Origin: Phoronis australis | Lineage: Eukaryota > Animalia > Phoronida | NCBI GenBank assembly: GCA_002633005.1 | Contig: NMRA01000094.1 | Location: forward strand, 247,170-311,169 | DNA length: 64,000 bases | Direction of reading: 5' to 3' | In this document: in pieces, positions 1-14,822 of the stretch | How the letters are laid out: every line of letters starts with the position of its first letter | Numbering within the stretch: the stretch's first letter is position 1 | Made by a program: the position numbers and the translations under genes | The notes under the pieces: generated by a model | What the model saw: the letters and a program-made list of their open reading frames with translations, nothing else | Database searches by the model: none | What the model was told of the DNA's origin: nothing

Positions 1-938
1 GTGAACTACCCGGGCTGTGTGAAATTTCTGGGTCTAACGGAGACACTGACGCAGTGGTCAGCCAGCTCGCTGTATCAAGACTATAGTCAAAATCCAAATT
101 CGTTTTATCGTGTCCCTGTCAATAATAACGGCATGCTAAAGTTTCTTAATTTTCGTACTTCAGGAACATAATAATCACGTGTTTTGTACACATACGCGCA
201 CGCCGCACATCACATCTCGGAAATTTCCGATTTGACGGATGACAATGAATGAGCACAATGAAATTAAACAACGTCATTTTACAGCTTGTAAGATTCATAA
301 TAAACGTATTTTGAATATTGCAATGCATGTGTTCCAAAATCTAAATAACTTGGGTCCTATATTTTTGTACTCCTGCGCGCCGAATGAAAGTAATCGTGAG
401 TGTTGCTGTGTTGCAAAATCTCTTATCCTGGGCCGATTTGAAAAATTCAAAGTTGTACTCATATTTGTTTTCGCTCCTCTTTTCAAATATTACAGTAAAA
501 ACTACGTAAAACTCTCTCCATAAAAAGTACAGTCTGCTAGCTAGATTGAAATCAGCTGATCATATCTGCATGAGCGAAGCCAATTATCCTCGCTCGTGAC
601 TCGATGAATACTGAGAGCAGCTTGGCGGCATCCCTTTGAGCGTGAGCCGAGCGCGACTCATCCAAGGTGGATAAATACGATCTAGTTCAATTTTCCAAAC
701 CCCACCGTTTACCATGACCATTGGGGTTAGGACCAATCTTATTTAGTGGGAATGTTTATAGAATGAGGGCAGGGTGAAAACCAACATATTGATCTCAGTG
801 AAAGTCAATAATTGTATCCGTATAGTTCAGATATATGAAGCCAAACGCTCATGAATTTTTTAGATCTTTTGTGAAAATAAATGAATGTATAACTTTCACC
901 CTACATAACCAACGAATGTCACACGTGTTCTCAGCTAA

Positions 939-1133
939 TACAACACAAAAGTAGTGAGCATGAGTCTATGACAGCATTTCAACATTTACAACACAAAAGT
1001 AGTGAGCATGAGTCTATGACATCATTTCAACATTTACAACACAAAAGTAGTGAGCATGAGTCTATGACAGCATTTCAACATTTACAACACAAAAGTAGTG
1101 AGCATGAGTCTATGACATCATTTCAACATTTAC
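939..1133. repeat. Minisatellite, 48-bp unit x4
   Basis: Unit tacaacacaaaagtagtgagcatgagtctatgacagcatttcaacatt starts at 939, 987, 1035 and 1083. Confidence 0.95.
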
Positions 1134-2645
1134 TGCAAGTGTAATATCATTGATCAACATTGCAAAAACAACGTGTAAAACAGTTTTAAAATGCACGACA
1201 ATTAAAACAAGGAAAGAAAATAAAAAATTGAAAAAGCAAGTGAAGTAAAGCAACAACTCACTGTCGACTTCTGATGCCTAGATTCACTCGAATGCCATGC
1301 ATCAAACAACATATTTCACGCTGAAAAGAGAATGGCGAAAAGGTTTAACTTAACAATATTCCACTTGACAGTGAAAGCTATATTAGGACTAAAACTGCAT
1401 TCATTACTGGATCCTTCATTTGTTTATGTATACCCAGAGCTTCCACAACTAAATAGGTTGTTAGAGATGGCCCTGTTTGTTGCTTTAACAGGTTGCTCAG
1501 AGTCTTAATGTGAGGATGGAAATTTTAAGAATACAAAATCATGCTTCTCAACAAATACTATTTCAAGTAGTGCTCACATGGTGTTCAATTCTCTCTTTTA
1601 TCTACCGCAACAAAGCAGACAATCAAGACTTAGCTGGCCACTGGGGATGATTTAATTCTAAAATCTGCCAGTACAGGATTGTCCAGAATTAGAGCACTTG
1701 AAACAGGCCTGCTTAGCTATATTACATAGGCATCATCAATGTGGTAAATAGTTAGGCATCATCAATGTGGTGAATTAAGTTAGCCATCATCAATGTTAAA
1801 AAGTAAACTAAGACCTACTCAGTTAATGGAATGCCTTTGTGAACACTGTTTTCATTCAGATGGAGTGTCTGCTCAGTCACTCCTCTTATCTATTGTCTGA
1901 TGAAAATTCACAAGTCTAACCTAGGTGCACTCTGCTGCAGTCATTATCCTGTTTTCTACAGTTTCAAATACTGACTGCAACACTATCAGTCCTTCAGATG
2001 TATTAACCACTCCAGAGAGATTTACTAGGCACAGAAAAAATACATTAACTTGAGAACCCTTTAGCTTGAAATCAATCTCTCAAAAAGCCATTAACACATA
2101 GACTACACATGTTCAGGTAACTAATGAATGGTAAACTCAGTGTTGCCACAAAGGGCCTCAGTCACAGGTTTGTAACAAACAGATCACATCACTTGGGTCC
2201 TGGAGCAAAGGTAATTATCTGGATAATATGTACTTTAGATATCTGTTACATTTCTATGTTAATGTCTACCATCACCAGTTGGCAATAGCAGACCTTTATA
2301 GTTCATAAATACAACAAGTGCTTTGTTAGATTATAAATTTAAAATTTTTTAAACTATCAAAATTGACATGAAAATGTAATTATTTTAAAATGCCTATTAC
2401 CCGGTGCACGTGTGGGAATTTCCGATAGCGTATGATGGAGTCAATTACATTTAAAAACAATTACGTCACTAACGTAAATAGAAACTGGACATATTCTGTG
2501 GAAAAAGGGGCCGCTCTTTCTAACGGAATAAATGTTCTAAATTAAGCAGTAATTCTGCAATTACTTTTGGAAAATAGCCAAAAAATGGTTGAATAGTTAG
2601 TTAACCTGTCATGACACTATCTTTGTGGTATTACGATTGTATTGC

Positions 2646-2760
2646 AGACCAGTGCTGCCTTCTCAGTGTTCGGTATTATGTCAATGACCAGTGCTGCCCT
2701 CTCAGTGTTCAGTATTATGTCACAGACCAGTGCTGCCCTCTCAGTGTTCAATATTATGTG
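2646..2760. repeat. Short tandem repeat, 39-bp unit x3
   Basis: gaccagtgctgcc(t/c)tctcagtgttc...tattatgt occurs three times. Confidence 0.85.
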
Positions 2761-4005
2761 ACATTAACTAATAAATGATATAAATGAATGTCTGTACTTT
2801 CTGTAAGCATTTTCATCCTCATGTGCCAGTAATTGCTAGCAATTATGTAACAATCAATAGAGTTACAAAAGAATTATGAGAGTGCTAATGATGTTTCATG
2901 GGAACACTGGAGTAGGCAGGTAAAGAGGTAAAATCAATGACAAGACGAATTCATCACTTCAAGTAGTCACCGTAACATCATCAACCATGATGAAAACATG
3001 TCTCCTGCTGTGACAGGTGCAAGTAACAAGTTGAAGCATCCTGGAATCTCATAAACTAACAACTTTTACGTTAGACCAACTGAACACTCTTTTATTCTCA
3101 ACAATTAAAGATAAAAGAATAAATTAAAATCCAAGACTTTCAAGCATGCAGTGCTGATTAGTAGAATCACTAATGCTAAATACAGATAAGCCATGGGCGA
3201 ATAATACATGGATGCTAGTTTCTAGGGCTGCAATTTGCACTCCCTNCCCCCCCCCCCCCCCCGTGCATGGACCTAATAACTGCTGGCAGTTCTTAACAAG
3301 CCCACACATAACACCTATTTTGACTCGGGAACATTTAACATCTACTATTTCATGAACAAGTCTTAATAGTTTTGTGCTGGATTTGCAGCCGGCACTGTAA
3401 TCATTTACATCATCATCGTCCTTCCATTCATTTGCATCATCATCGTCCTTCCATTCGCCAAGTGCTCCACTCTACACGACTACTTTTATCTTTGCCAATT
3501 TCCAGTCAGCAATACGTGACTTATCAACTTCGCATATGAGTTCAGAAAAAATAGATCTATGGCTACCACATTTCTTTAAATTTGTCTTGGCATTACAAAC
3601 ATTGAAAACGTCTAAATGAGACTTGTGAATACACCACAAGTGCTGGAAGATAAAGCATCATCTTGTGATGTACACATTTACACAATTTGCACTTGACACA
3701 GACCTGAGTTTATCAGGCGCTTGTGTAACACGACTGACACCGAGCAAGATGACAACACAGCGACCATTTTTGACACTAGTTTGAGAGGTGGAGCAAATTG
3801 CACTGAATATGTCGTTCCAGTGTCAACTAGATGTCTCAACAGAAACAAGGGCAAGGTTAAAGGGATCATCTGTTACGCTGGAGCCATAGGGTGATCCGCT
3901 TGCATTCCACGTGGTTTGGACATTCGCTATTTTGCCCAAAAGTCTTCACGTAAATGACTCGTGCTGATATATTTTGTGATCTTATGTCACGTAAATATGA
4001 CTTAA

Positions 4006-4062
4006 AGGCGAAGGCAACCTTATTTTAGCTCAAAATGACATGGAAAAAGGTTGTCTTCGCCT
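4006..4062. mobile_element. 57-bp miniature Kolobok-like element
   Basis: TTAA|aggcgaaggcaacctt...aaggttgtcttcgcct|TTAA; same termini as the element at 32870-33928. Confidence 0.8.
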
Positions 4063-6482
4063 TTAAGTGTAGTAACTCCCACCATGATAACTCACAATGT
4101 TACAATTGTTTCTCATGTAAAAATGGCTTATGACAAGAAATGAAGACTGCACACAGGTAAGGGTTTAATAGGAGAGATGCTTTGAGTTGATTGGCTGTTT
4201 TATGTTTATTTAGGTATAAATATTCATGTATTAAGTGTGGAGCTCACAACTGTAATCAGGGATTCACAGGAATGTACCAGATAGCCTTCAGTAGACCATC
4301 CTCATATAACTATAGCTCTACAGCTGACAGAATGTGCTAACTGATATAGCAATCTAGAACTGAATAAAGGTAAAATTTTGATATCCGTATTAAAAATGCG
4401 TTGTTATAAATCATCACGTTGACGTGGTATAAGTAAGAATTATTAGTCTTCATACACGCCATGTTTGTCACATCACATGACCCATAGTTAAGTATGAAAA
4501 GATCTGTCCTGACTAGGACTTGAACTTGGCCTGGGACTTCCTACTAACTGTGCTGTTGCTCTAGTAACGCAATGTGACCAACATATAGCGTAATTATTCT
4601 AATCTGAAGCAATTAAGGACACAAAATGGCTGAGAACTTAACTTCTTCATTTTCATGAAAGATAAGTAAGACCACAGAATTAGTTTTATACATTAGTTAC
4701 CTTTAGATAAGGTTTTAAGAAATACTAAATATTCAAAATGATATCAATATTATATGAAAAATGAAGAAAAGATCAATTCAAGGAATAACTGCAGGAACTG
4801 TTTAATTAGAAACCCATTATTTAGGACAACAACTAAACATGTCACTTGGATATAATGAATACACAAGCACATTATAAACACCTCTGCTTTATATCTGGGT
4901 TTCATCTGATAGATATTATTAAAACTGTAAATAGACTCAGCCTATATTCTATTGCATTTCCCACTAACACTGGCAACAGTGCAGTCATGTGACTCTGAGT
5001 TTATTTGTCCTGGTTATTTACTCAATGGCTCAGTCTGTCTGGTGGAAATATGCTTGAGTAGTTCATAAACATGTTTTGAAATTAGCTATTACGTATGTGA
5101 GCACAGAAACATTGACGTCCCAGTTACTTAAGATGGTGAAGCTGGAAAGCAAACAGAATGTTGAACAGTTTGGTGAAGTTACAGTGTAAACCTAAGGTAG
5201 GCAGCTCTTAGTACAGTATGTCTGTTGTAGGAAAGGACCGAGTTGTGAAATGTTTTCATTGTAGTGAACAGAAGACATTCATATATCTAGCTTGGGGCTA
5301 CATGTGGAGGTAGGCAATGTTCATGGAGAATTGCCTTGGCTAGACTAGATGATAGCAAGATTTACTGCTTGAAGTTATAATTGACCCTGTTATGGGCAAT
5401 TCTATTTGTGAGAACATTTTGATCAACTGAAAAAATGTTCATCCTAGGAAAATAATAAATACACCAATTGATAGGTATCATTGATAGCTTTGAAAGCCTG
5501 TATCAACTTTTCCCCTATCTTTTACGTACGCAGAGAATTTGACTTTTTTAAAATTTATCGTAAAATTCTGCGAGTTGCAATGAGTTACAATTTTTTTGTT
5601 TTATATAATGATATAGTAGAATGATTGCGAAGTGCAACACACTAATTTTTTGATGATATATTTTTAGAAATTTTTGTCAGACAGCTCGATATAAGTTAGT
5701 GTGCTGGAAGTATGTGATGGACGTACCCTCTGAATTTCTAGTATTAAATTGTTTGTTGTGACTACGATATGAATTCAAAATGATTCAAGCTCTTGGAGTA
5801 TTTAAGATATATTGGTGTTTTGCTACTAATTCAATGTTTTCTAATTAAAATGTACCGATTGACCTTTCCCACGAAATCATCACGGGTAGGGGTATGCTAG
5901 GAATATACTATAGGATTTTAACTTTTCAATACATTTGATTAAAGATATAAAACAACCACCTAAAATCTTCACTTCCCTTTGAAGATAAGCCATATAAGTG
6001 GAAAGAAGAGTGATAATCATTTTGTATTTGACAGCTATTTATCAGGAAAACCTGTTTTTATGCGTTAGATAGAATACCACTTCAAAAGCAATAAGCAAAT
6101 TGACAGCCAAAATGTAAAGTTTGAAATAAAGTTTAAAACATTACTAATCACTGTCATAAAAATGCATTTTAATTAATTGTTTTTTAAATCAAAACTCGCC
6201 CTAAGCTTGCAGAGAATTATTCTCTGGACCATTAACCGTTGATGGTTCTGATGCAGGCCCATGTAATAATGGTGATTTTGTAAAAGTATTAGTAACAGGC
6301 CATCAGTATCTTCTTAAAACAAAGTGTGAAGCATGGTTCAGTAGACAGCATCGACTTTTGGTACTCGAATCACCTGTGCTGACTTTCAGTGTGAAAACAA
6401 GACATTTTATAATTAATTGCATTTAAGATTATGATTTAGGAATATGTAGAACTAACTTAACAGATGTTCTATTTAGTGATTA

Positions 6483-7760
6483 CCGTTTTCACCCTAATAA
6501 CTGCCCAGGGCGCTTAGAAAAATTCGTTTCAGGGGGGCGCTTATTGTAACCCAAGGCGGTTGAAACCCGGTTTCCGAAATGGGTGAAATTGGAAGCTAAG
6601 ATTCATCATATTTACGCTCTGAGACGTATCTGTAACCTATGACAGACTTTCTACAAAATTGTGGTGCATTGCTATCAAACTTTGCTGTTAAATAATACCA
6701 TAATTTTACAGAAAATTGTGCATAAATCCCCAGGGCGAAAACTCGCTGATTGACTGCCTCGCAATCGTCGATGTGGCAACTTGAATGCTTGAATAAAAAT
6801 ACAGTTTCAACTCAAGCAAATTACCTGAAATCCTCCTTAAGTTTTCCAGATAGCAGATTTTTAAGTTCCCGTAGAGTCGGGATTAACCATAGGTTAAGTC
6901 CAAATCTGAGCTAGATCGTGCCGCCTATGATCGTAGGCCTACCCGGTAACACAAGGAAAAATCACTGGATATTTTGTTGTCACTTGACGTTTGTTTTGAA
7001 GCTCATCTGCGTGTGTAAACGAGCTCGTGCATCTCACCAGAGTTCATTTGCCAGAGTAAACGCAATCTCACGAGCTACATGTGCATTCTACACATGCAGA
7101 AAGCAGAACGTGTTAATTCAGCACTTGCCGGTCTCATCTGCTAAAAACCTTCAACAATTGTCTTGGTAAGGCCCATATTAGTGGCCATGTGGCTGGATGC
7201 TGTGCGACTGTCTGACAGTTAATTTTCGTTGTAAGGGTGTGTAAGCATTCACTGTCAGCAGTCATTTTATCGGATATTTGGCTTTAAAAATACCAATTAT
7301 GATTAATCAATCAATCCCTCTTAAAAATAACGCCAAATTTTTTATGGTGTTAGAAAGTGTCGGACATTAGTGACAATATTTATTTCTTGCCAATGCTATA
7401 CCACCCGTTTTATGAATGGATAGTTACCGTCTTAAAGACCAGACCATAGTGGGACACATTCCTCGCAAGATCAGCAAAACTTCTGCGTTCTTTTTGAGGC
7501 ACGGCAGAACTTTGAAGTGTATAGTCACAGCTAAATACCGACATAGCGGTGAGGCTCATGGTCTACAAATTCCGCGCACAATGATTTTTTCAGGTACGTC
7601 AGATATTTGATAAATTGTGAACATTACTGTAGAATTTTAGGACTGTAGGCAAGGCATTTTTCGCAGTACACGTTCATGGACTGGGCACTTATTTTAGCAA
7701 AGTCTGAAAATGCGTGGGGGGCGCTTATAGGGGCATGGGCGGTTTTTAGGGCGAACACGG
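6483..7760. mobile_element. Non-autonomous Tc1/mariner-pogo-like element carrying a HIRAN-like coding fragment
   Basis: TA|ccgttttcaccctaataactgccc...gggcggtttttagggcgaacacgg|TA, imperfect TIRs with TA TSD. Internal ORF 7416-7610 reads VGHIPRKISKTSAFFLRHG..KCIVT..GLQIP. Confidence 0.7.
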
Positions 7761-10100
7761 TAGCATGACTAGGTTTTCAACCAGCTCTTTAACTCATGCT
7801 TTCTTTTCTAATTTAAAGAGAGGCTGCTTTAAATAATGTCACATCACAGCACAGGCAAGTACAATTATGAATTTCTTGATCCACGATGGCATTCTCTTCA
7901 AATTTCAAAGAATATTCAGGCAGGTGTTTATTCTTCTCCCAGTTGCATCAGTTCTTCCCGTGGTCTCCAACAATCTCCTCCATTGTTTCTAAACGCTGCT
8001 TTAATCTCCTCAACTTGAAGCTCAGCAGAAAAAAATAGTCTAATTCTTAAAAAGATTGAGGGATCAAAAATACGTAAGATGGGATATTATAATCATTTGC
8101 TTTGAATCATTTCATACAAGCCATCCAATGACCCAAAACACTGAAAAACACAAAAAGAATGACTACAGTCAGTGAGGGTGTGACAAAAATGCCCAGTAAA
8201 GTAGGTGACAGGTTCCTTACCGCTTAAAAATGCCCAGTATCGGCTTTTTCAACACAGCATACCAGGTCAGAGCAGAAATAACATGTTGATTCCAGCGCAA
8301 TAGCAACTTGACATGTATTCCTTTTAGGTCTCTTGTTATTTGTACTCTAGAGTACCTTAGGAATTCTTTTGTATGAATATTTGTACATCTTGAAATTCCC
8401 AAAAGCTAAGCATTTCTTTGCAAATACGGGGTACCAACAGATAAACAATAAGTTCATTAAATTAGCATTTTGTTTTATTTACATTTTATAATGTGGGCCA
8501 ACTGTCTGATTAGAATAAGTTGAATTCTACTAAGAATTACTAGACGGCATTGTAAACTATAACTTATCTGCAAATACTTTTGAAACTGAAAAAAAATCAA
8601 TGCATTTAGTTTAAATCTGTAGCCACTTTTTCACATAATTTTAAAGCTGCCTTTGTAATATTATCATTTTTAAGTTCTTAGGTGTGAGATACATTTTATA
8701 TTCTGCAAGTTTAGAAAGTAAAAATATAACCTAAGGTTACTTTATTTGCTGAAAAATTGTAATTTCACGGGTGTGACGGACCTAAGTGACAGACGTACAA
8801 ATTTTCTGTACGTCTGTCACTTAACAAATAATCTTTGGGATCTAAAATTTTGGTCAATAGTATTGAGTAACAATTTAAAAGAGAATCTGAAATTATAATG
8901 ATTGAAAACTTTTAACATAACTAAACATTTTAACACCTTTTTGTGATGGAAGTACGCCGCCATGATATCCAGGAGTTGATCTTTGACCCCAAGAGGTCGA
9001 TGATGTGCCAAAGTTCAAATGTTATTTTTTATAAAGTTTGGTGTTCATGCAATTGCACACATTTGATAGTATAGTGAAATACCCATAATTAGCTTTTTAT
9101 GACAATAATTAGCAGCACACATGAAAATCAAGGTAATTTTTAGGGTCAAGTGACCCCAAAAATGGGTCCATTTAGGCAAAAAAATTTAAGTTATAGGACA
9201 GTCAAATATGGGTCTGAGACTAGAGAGAATGGACTTTCAGATGACACCAGAAATGTTAGTGTAACCAGAATTTTAATTTTTGACTCGAGCTTGACCTTTT
9301 CACCAAATTGCCCTTATAGGAATATTGCCTTGGAAATTCCCACATCATGAAATTACGTGCACAGGTTTTAATTCATATATTTCGCACTAGTCACAAGAAA
9401 ATAGGTTCTGAAGTAAGGAAAGTTAACTTTTGTTGTTTTCTATGGTTGGCTGTGGTTGGAATGACACTGATACCTGTATGATAGTTGTTATTTCCGACTT
9501 AACAAACTGCTTAATTCTTACTTTATTACTATGAATCTTTGAATAACCAGTGTAACGTCTGGTTGATGAACTGAAGAAGATGAAGTTGGTTGAAATATTA
9601 TGAAGATATTGAATAACGTGAACTTGACCAGCAATAAGTGTCAATGGCCTCACTGGAGGCTTACTAGTATGACAGTAGCTTGACCATTAGTAAATGTTAC
9701 TGGCCTCATTTTATTGTTAATTTCCCTTTATCTTCATGTGTATGTTTAATTATCGGTGCATTTGTTACTTATTTATCTTCCATTCTTGTCATCTTTTTTA
9801 TTTATATTTTTTCTTTTTTCTTTCACAAGGTATTATTTTTCCGTTTCTATGGACACTGGAAGGTCCTGGCAGTATGGCAACTTAACCAGCAATAAGTGTT
9901 ATTGAAAGGTTTTGACTGTAGCAGAGCAAGCTATGTAGGGTTTTTCACGGGCTCTTACAACAGGGAGCTCAATTTCAACTGTTCACTTTGTGCCTTATTT
10001 TCCACCCTCCTACAATTTGTTCAGCCATGAAATGCCTACCTGCATTCTTTTTGATTTTCTTGGTTTAGATAACCATTGCTACATTGGCGCTGGTGTCCGC

Positions 10101-10382
10101 AGTTATAGGTTCCTTTCAAATTCAAGCCATTCTGACTAGCAGTTATAGGTTCCTTTCAAATTCATGCCATTCTGACTAACAGTTATAGGTTCCTTTCAAA
10201 TTCAAGCCATTCTGACTAGCAGTTATAGGTTCCTTTCAAATTCATGCCATTCTGACTAACAGTTATAGGTTCCTTTCAAATTCATGCCATTCTGACTAAC
10301 AGTTATAGGTTCCTTTCAAATTCATGCCATTCTGACTAACAGTTATAGGTTCCTTTCAAATTCATGCCATTCTGACTAACAG
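10101..10382. repeat. Minisatellite, 40-bp unit x7
   Basis: agttataggttcctttcaaattca(a/t)gccattctgacta(g/a)c repeated. Confidence 0.95.
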
Positions 10383-10399
10383 AAGCACTTTTCCATCCC

Positions 10400-10588
10400 A
10401 TATTTCTTGACCCAGGAGCATATAGACTAGCTCATTTCTTGACCCAGGAGTATATAGACTAGCTGATCTTAACCCAGGACTATATAGACTAGCTCATTTC
10501 TTGACCCAGGGGTATATAGACTACCTCATTTCGTAACCCGGGAGTATATAGACTAGCTCATTTCTTGATACAGAAGTATATAGACTAG
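10400..10588. repeat. Degenerate ~33-bp tandem repeat interrupted by a transposon
   Basis: tttcttgacccaggagtatatagactagctca units; the unit resumes as tagctcatttc at 15328. Confidence 0.8.
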
Positions 10589-11415
10589 AGGGCCTTTCCC
10601 ACTGCCTTCGAAGCTTCAGCACCACTAAAGCTTCGGTTAAAGTCAACAGCACAAGTTAATTGTGAAGCAAAGAGGTGGATTTAACAGCGAAGCGTTGACG
10701 CTTCACTACCATTACAGCATTCTTCCATTGACCCCAACTTGTTCAATCCGATGAGAAATGAACAAGTTGGGCAGTTGACCATCGGAGCCAGTATCTTACA
10801 TGGCAGACTAACTCCATTCTGTATGAGGACTAGTTTTCTTTTGTTCGAAAATTGTTCTAATCCCCTGGTATCCAGACTGTCTAGGCTGTGCTGTTAAAAA
10901 TAAAAGATAACTTGTATACTGGTTGCAGACAAACCAATAACAATTCTGAATTTTGGTCAAATGCTGATCAGGTTTAATTTTTGAATCACCAAAACTGCCC
11001 AACTAAACTCCAAGTTAAGACAATCTATTCCACCCCAATGCATACTAATTCATTGAGTTTGACTGTCTTCATATGCATGCAGTCGGTAATAAGGTGCAAC
11101 CATTATACTTTTCATAACTTTTACATCCATGATAGCAGATACATAATTCTTATGTTTCATCCGATTCGTTGTTTTTAGCAGTTTGTTTGACTTTAATAAA
11201 TATATTTGGCCTGATGTTTTGATTTATTTAGCTACGTGTATTACCACCATGGTCAAATCAAAATTATAAAGCTAAGGTCACCTGGTTCCCGCATATGTTA
11301 CGATTTTCGCTCGCACTTAGCCTGATTATTACAAAATGTGAAGATGTGTTGTGAATGCCAAGTGAGCTTTCATTTTAATCCCATATAAAACAGAGGCGTT
11401 CACACTCACAGTATA

Positions 11416-11896
11416 GGGCCTTTCATACTAACGTCGACATGTCAATGTTTTGGGGAGCTGCGGTCAGTATGAACGCTTAAGTTCGGTCCTGGATCGAAAT
11501 TAACAGTGCCAGTTAACTTCGCAGTAAACAGGTGGATTTAAGAGTACAGTGTCGATACTGCGGTGCAGTATTAATGGTCAACTTCCCTCTCATCAAATCG
11601 CCAGGTGCCAATCCGTTGCTAATAGTTGCCTATATTTTGGTCTAATAATCACCAATCAAGTTAAAAATAAGTTTTATGTAAATTACCAAATGCAAATGTT
11701 CCCAAATTACCACACTAAAAAAAATCTTTGTGTACAGTGCTACCTTGCAATTGCTTTGATGACAATAGTGTCACCTACCATTTACTTTGATGTCAGTAAA
11801 ATACCGAACCCTGGAACATGAATGGTTTAGTTAACTTCGCAGTTTATATTGATGCTCTGCTCATACCGGAGTTTTAAGTCAGTATGAAAAGGCCTT
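11416..11896. mobile_element. Harbinger-like MITE (nested)
   Basis: Imperfect TIRs gggcctttcatactaac / gtcagtatgaaaaggcct. Confidence 0.6.
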
Positions 11897-12494
11897 ACGA
11901 GCAAGGTTGAGAGCCCATAAATAAATTTCCTTTTCAATTTAAAATTTTACAAAAATAGGATTTTTAGCAAAAAATAAAACATCTTTGTCCAGATTCCTGA
12001 AATTTGATCTTACTTTGATGTAAAAATAACCTTTACACCCATTGACAGAGCCTATTTTACTTGTGCAAATACGGCAAACTTGGTCACCTGACGGTGCCGT
12101 CGCTTTTAGAACTCAAAAGTCGAAAGCAAATGTCCTTTTGAGTATGAAACAGGACTTAGTGACGTCGATGCAAACATTTGGAATTAGGTTTCTGGGTGTT
12201 TCAGGATTGATTACTGTATTTAGTTTTATTTCACACATGTTAAAAGTTTTTAAACTTGGACATTCAGCATGACAAAAACACCAATTCAAAAACAAAATGG
12301 CCGACTTCGACTGTTCTACTCAAAGAGCTACCTATGACTGAACAGGTCGCTGGGATTTGTTCCTCAGTAATGCACACGTTTTTAGGTAAATCCTCAAAAG
12401 CTGCACAGCAAAAATTCTTTCAAAATGAGAGGGTGGAGCGGCTTTTCTTAAATGAACAAACCAGCTCGAAAGCACCTCCACTTCCTGCAGTTAA

Positions 12495-14097
12495 AGGAGA
12501 ATGCCACCCAAAAAACAACCTATTTTGTATCAATTTAGATCGAGTAGTTCTACTTGACAACGGCACGTGCGATTGCGTTACCTGACACCTGACGGCAGAT
12601 GGAGGTGTTGAAATTATCCAATGATGTAATTGGTTTCACACGCAGTCTGTTCAGCCGTTCACAACACGGGTTATTGGTGTCAGCTTATTGCTTGAATTCA
12701 TCGTTTAACACCAATAAATCATCAAACTTCGATGTAAAAAAATTAAAAATACACCAAATTCTTATACGAACGTGTTGTTTTATTTCGCTGTTACGGATTT
12801 ACTGGTATTAGGACACACCGTAGCCTACGAAATTCGGCAGGCCAATTCACCAAGATCCGTAGCACTAAGGAGTTTGGGGTCTGTTCGGAGATAAATTCGA
12901 AGTATTCTTCCGTGAAATAAAGACAGGAGAACCTAGATCTGTGTTGTTATACTTGTGATATTTTGAGTTCTAAATACACAAAACGCTTGTTATCCCGGCC
13001 AGTGGCTCAGAACCCGATCAGGCCCGTCATGGCCGTCGGGACTGCCACGAACATAAACCAGCTTGAGTTGGAGACTAAAGAATTAACCACGAAACTGAAA
13101 ATCGACCTACTTACTTGTCAGGGGCCGTGATGTCAGGTTCCCCTTTCTACACACCGTCAGGGCAAAGGTTGTACAGTAACAATGATTTCAATAACGTATT
13201 TGTATTTCTAAATAAAGATTCCCCTAACATGTGACTATAGCATATAAAATCGAGTAACTGTTTCACAACAGATTTCTGCCTGAATTAGTATGCGCACACA
13301 CGGCCTCGGTGCTCGGTCAATTACCTTTGTTGCTAGCATAAGCCGGAAACGCAGTGGTTTATTCATTGCTGGCTTCTCAAAACATTTGCACTCACAAGCA
13401 CTCCAAAGCATTAGAAATTGTATCTAATGAGGCAGACTTTGTTTCAGTTTCATATAAACAAAGGTTACGATGAGAATAATTCATTTTGAAACAGAACGCA
13501 GAATATTAAACGTCTACTAATAAATGGCTACTCGCCCCGCGCCAATCCCTAATTAGTCAAGAGCTCAGGCGACGAAGACTTCACGGGTCGGATCGTTAGG
13601 TTTCACAGGCTATCAGTTCGAACCGGAATACACTGATCAAGAAATACTAGAGAGGTGCCGTGAACATGCACAGGCAACGGAACGTATGGATAGTTCTTTG
13701 GTAAGCCGGAATTTGTCAGAGAAATCACTGTCGACGAAATGCCGGCCACAGACACGGAGATGTTTCACGGCCTCATACTTGCTATTAACAGCCTACTTTT
13801 CGTTCTTCACTACCGTGAGCCACTTCCTAAGCATTTCGGACTCTCGAGGAAGTAAAAAAACGATATACCCACTTTCTTCGCAACTTCATAGTTCAGACAA
13901 GCGGGAACGATGCCACCGCAATATAGCGGCATTCACTCTGCAGACGAACCACTGACGTCGCTGCATCGTTTCTCACCTTCCTCACAGGTTAACGCAACAT
14001 CTCTCGGCAAGGTGAGGCCAACCGTATCAGAGGCGATGTGGATATAGACCAATTAAAACGGTAAAAAAAGACTAATTAAATCGGGTGGCATTCTCCT
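12495..14097. mobile_element. Kolobok-like non-autonomous DNA transposon (nested)
   Basis: Perfect 15-bp TIR aggagaatgccaccc / gggtggcattctcct, with TTAA on both sides. Confidence 0.8.
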
Positions 14098-14513
14098 TTA
14101 ATAGTACTTTCACTCCCAACTGAAGCTAAATCTTTCATGGAACAAGTCCCAATACTGATAAAATGGTTACCGGGTATTCACAAACTGAAAAAACATGAGC
14201 TTGGCTACCATCATTTATTTATTGTTGTTGTTCTGTTACCCAGATGTGGAAAGTAGTTGTGCTTGGTTTCAGTAACCCTTTGAGGCCTAGTATATAACTA
14301 ACCTGCATGTTGTCATACCAGACAAAAACTGTGCTCTGCAGTTAACAAAGGAGCAAGATGTTATCACATCCTCTATGTCTGGTAAAGTCATTGAACAGAA
14401 GAACAAGAACACACTAATGAATGGTAACACTAATACTTCCATGCCATTGGAATTACCAGCACAGGTCACTGTCACACACTTTGCCAACAGCAGTCGGTGA
14501 TTGGTTACTATTT

Positions 14514-14822
14514 CAGTGGCGGATCTAGGATACCATAAGGGGGGCCCAAAATGTTGCTTCAGGGAATTGGGCAATGCGCGATTGTCGATTGCATGTGCGC
14601 AGGCAGCCCAAAAGTCGCGGAGGCGGGGATGTGGACCTTTTGTTCAGAAAATCTATTGGTGGACTAAAAAAAAATGGGAACACCATTCCGTTGTGACCAG
14701 GGTACTCATCTGCTACCGGTCCTAGTTGCTGAACTCAATATTACTTCACGCTTCACCCTGTTGCTCTTTCATTTTGCTTGTGCCAGCGAAGGGGGGAGGC
14801 GCCCCCTACAAATCCGCCTATG
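14514..14822. mobile_element. hAT-like MITE with 6-bp TSD
   Basis: ctattt|cagtggcggatctag...aaatccgcctatg|ctattt; a related 5' end lies at ~61551. Confidence 0.7.

Noticed and set aside
7860-8020. Coding-like minus-strand stretch (LRRLKQRLETMEEIVGDHGKN*...)
   Set aside because: In-frame stop and no clear donor; cannot be linked to a gene from sequence alone.
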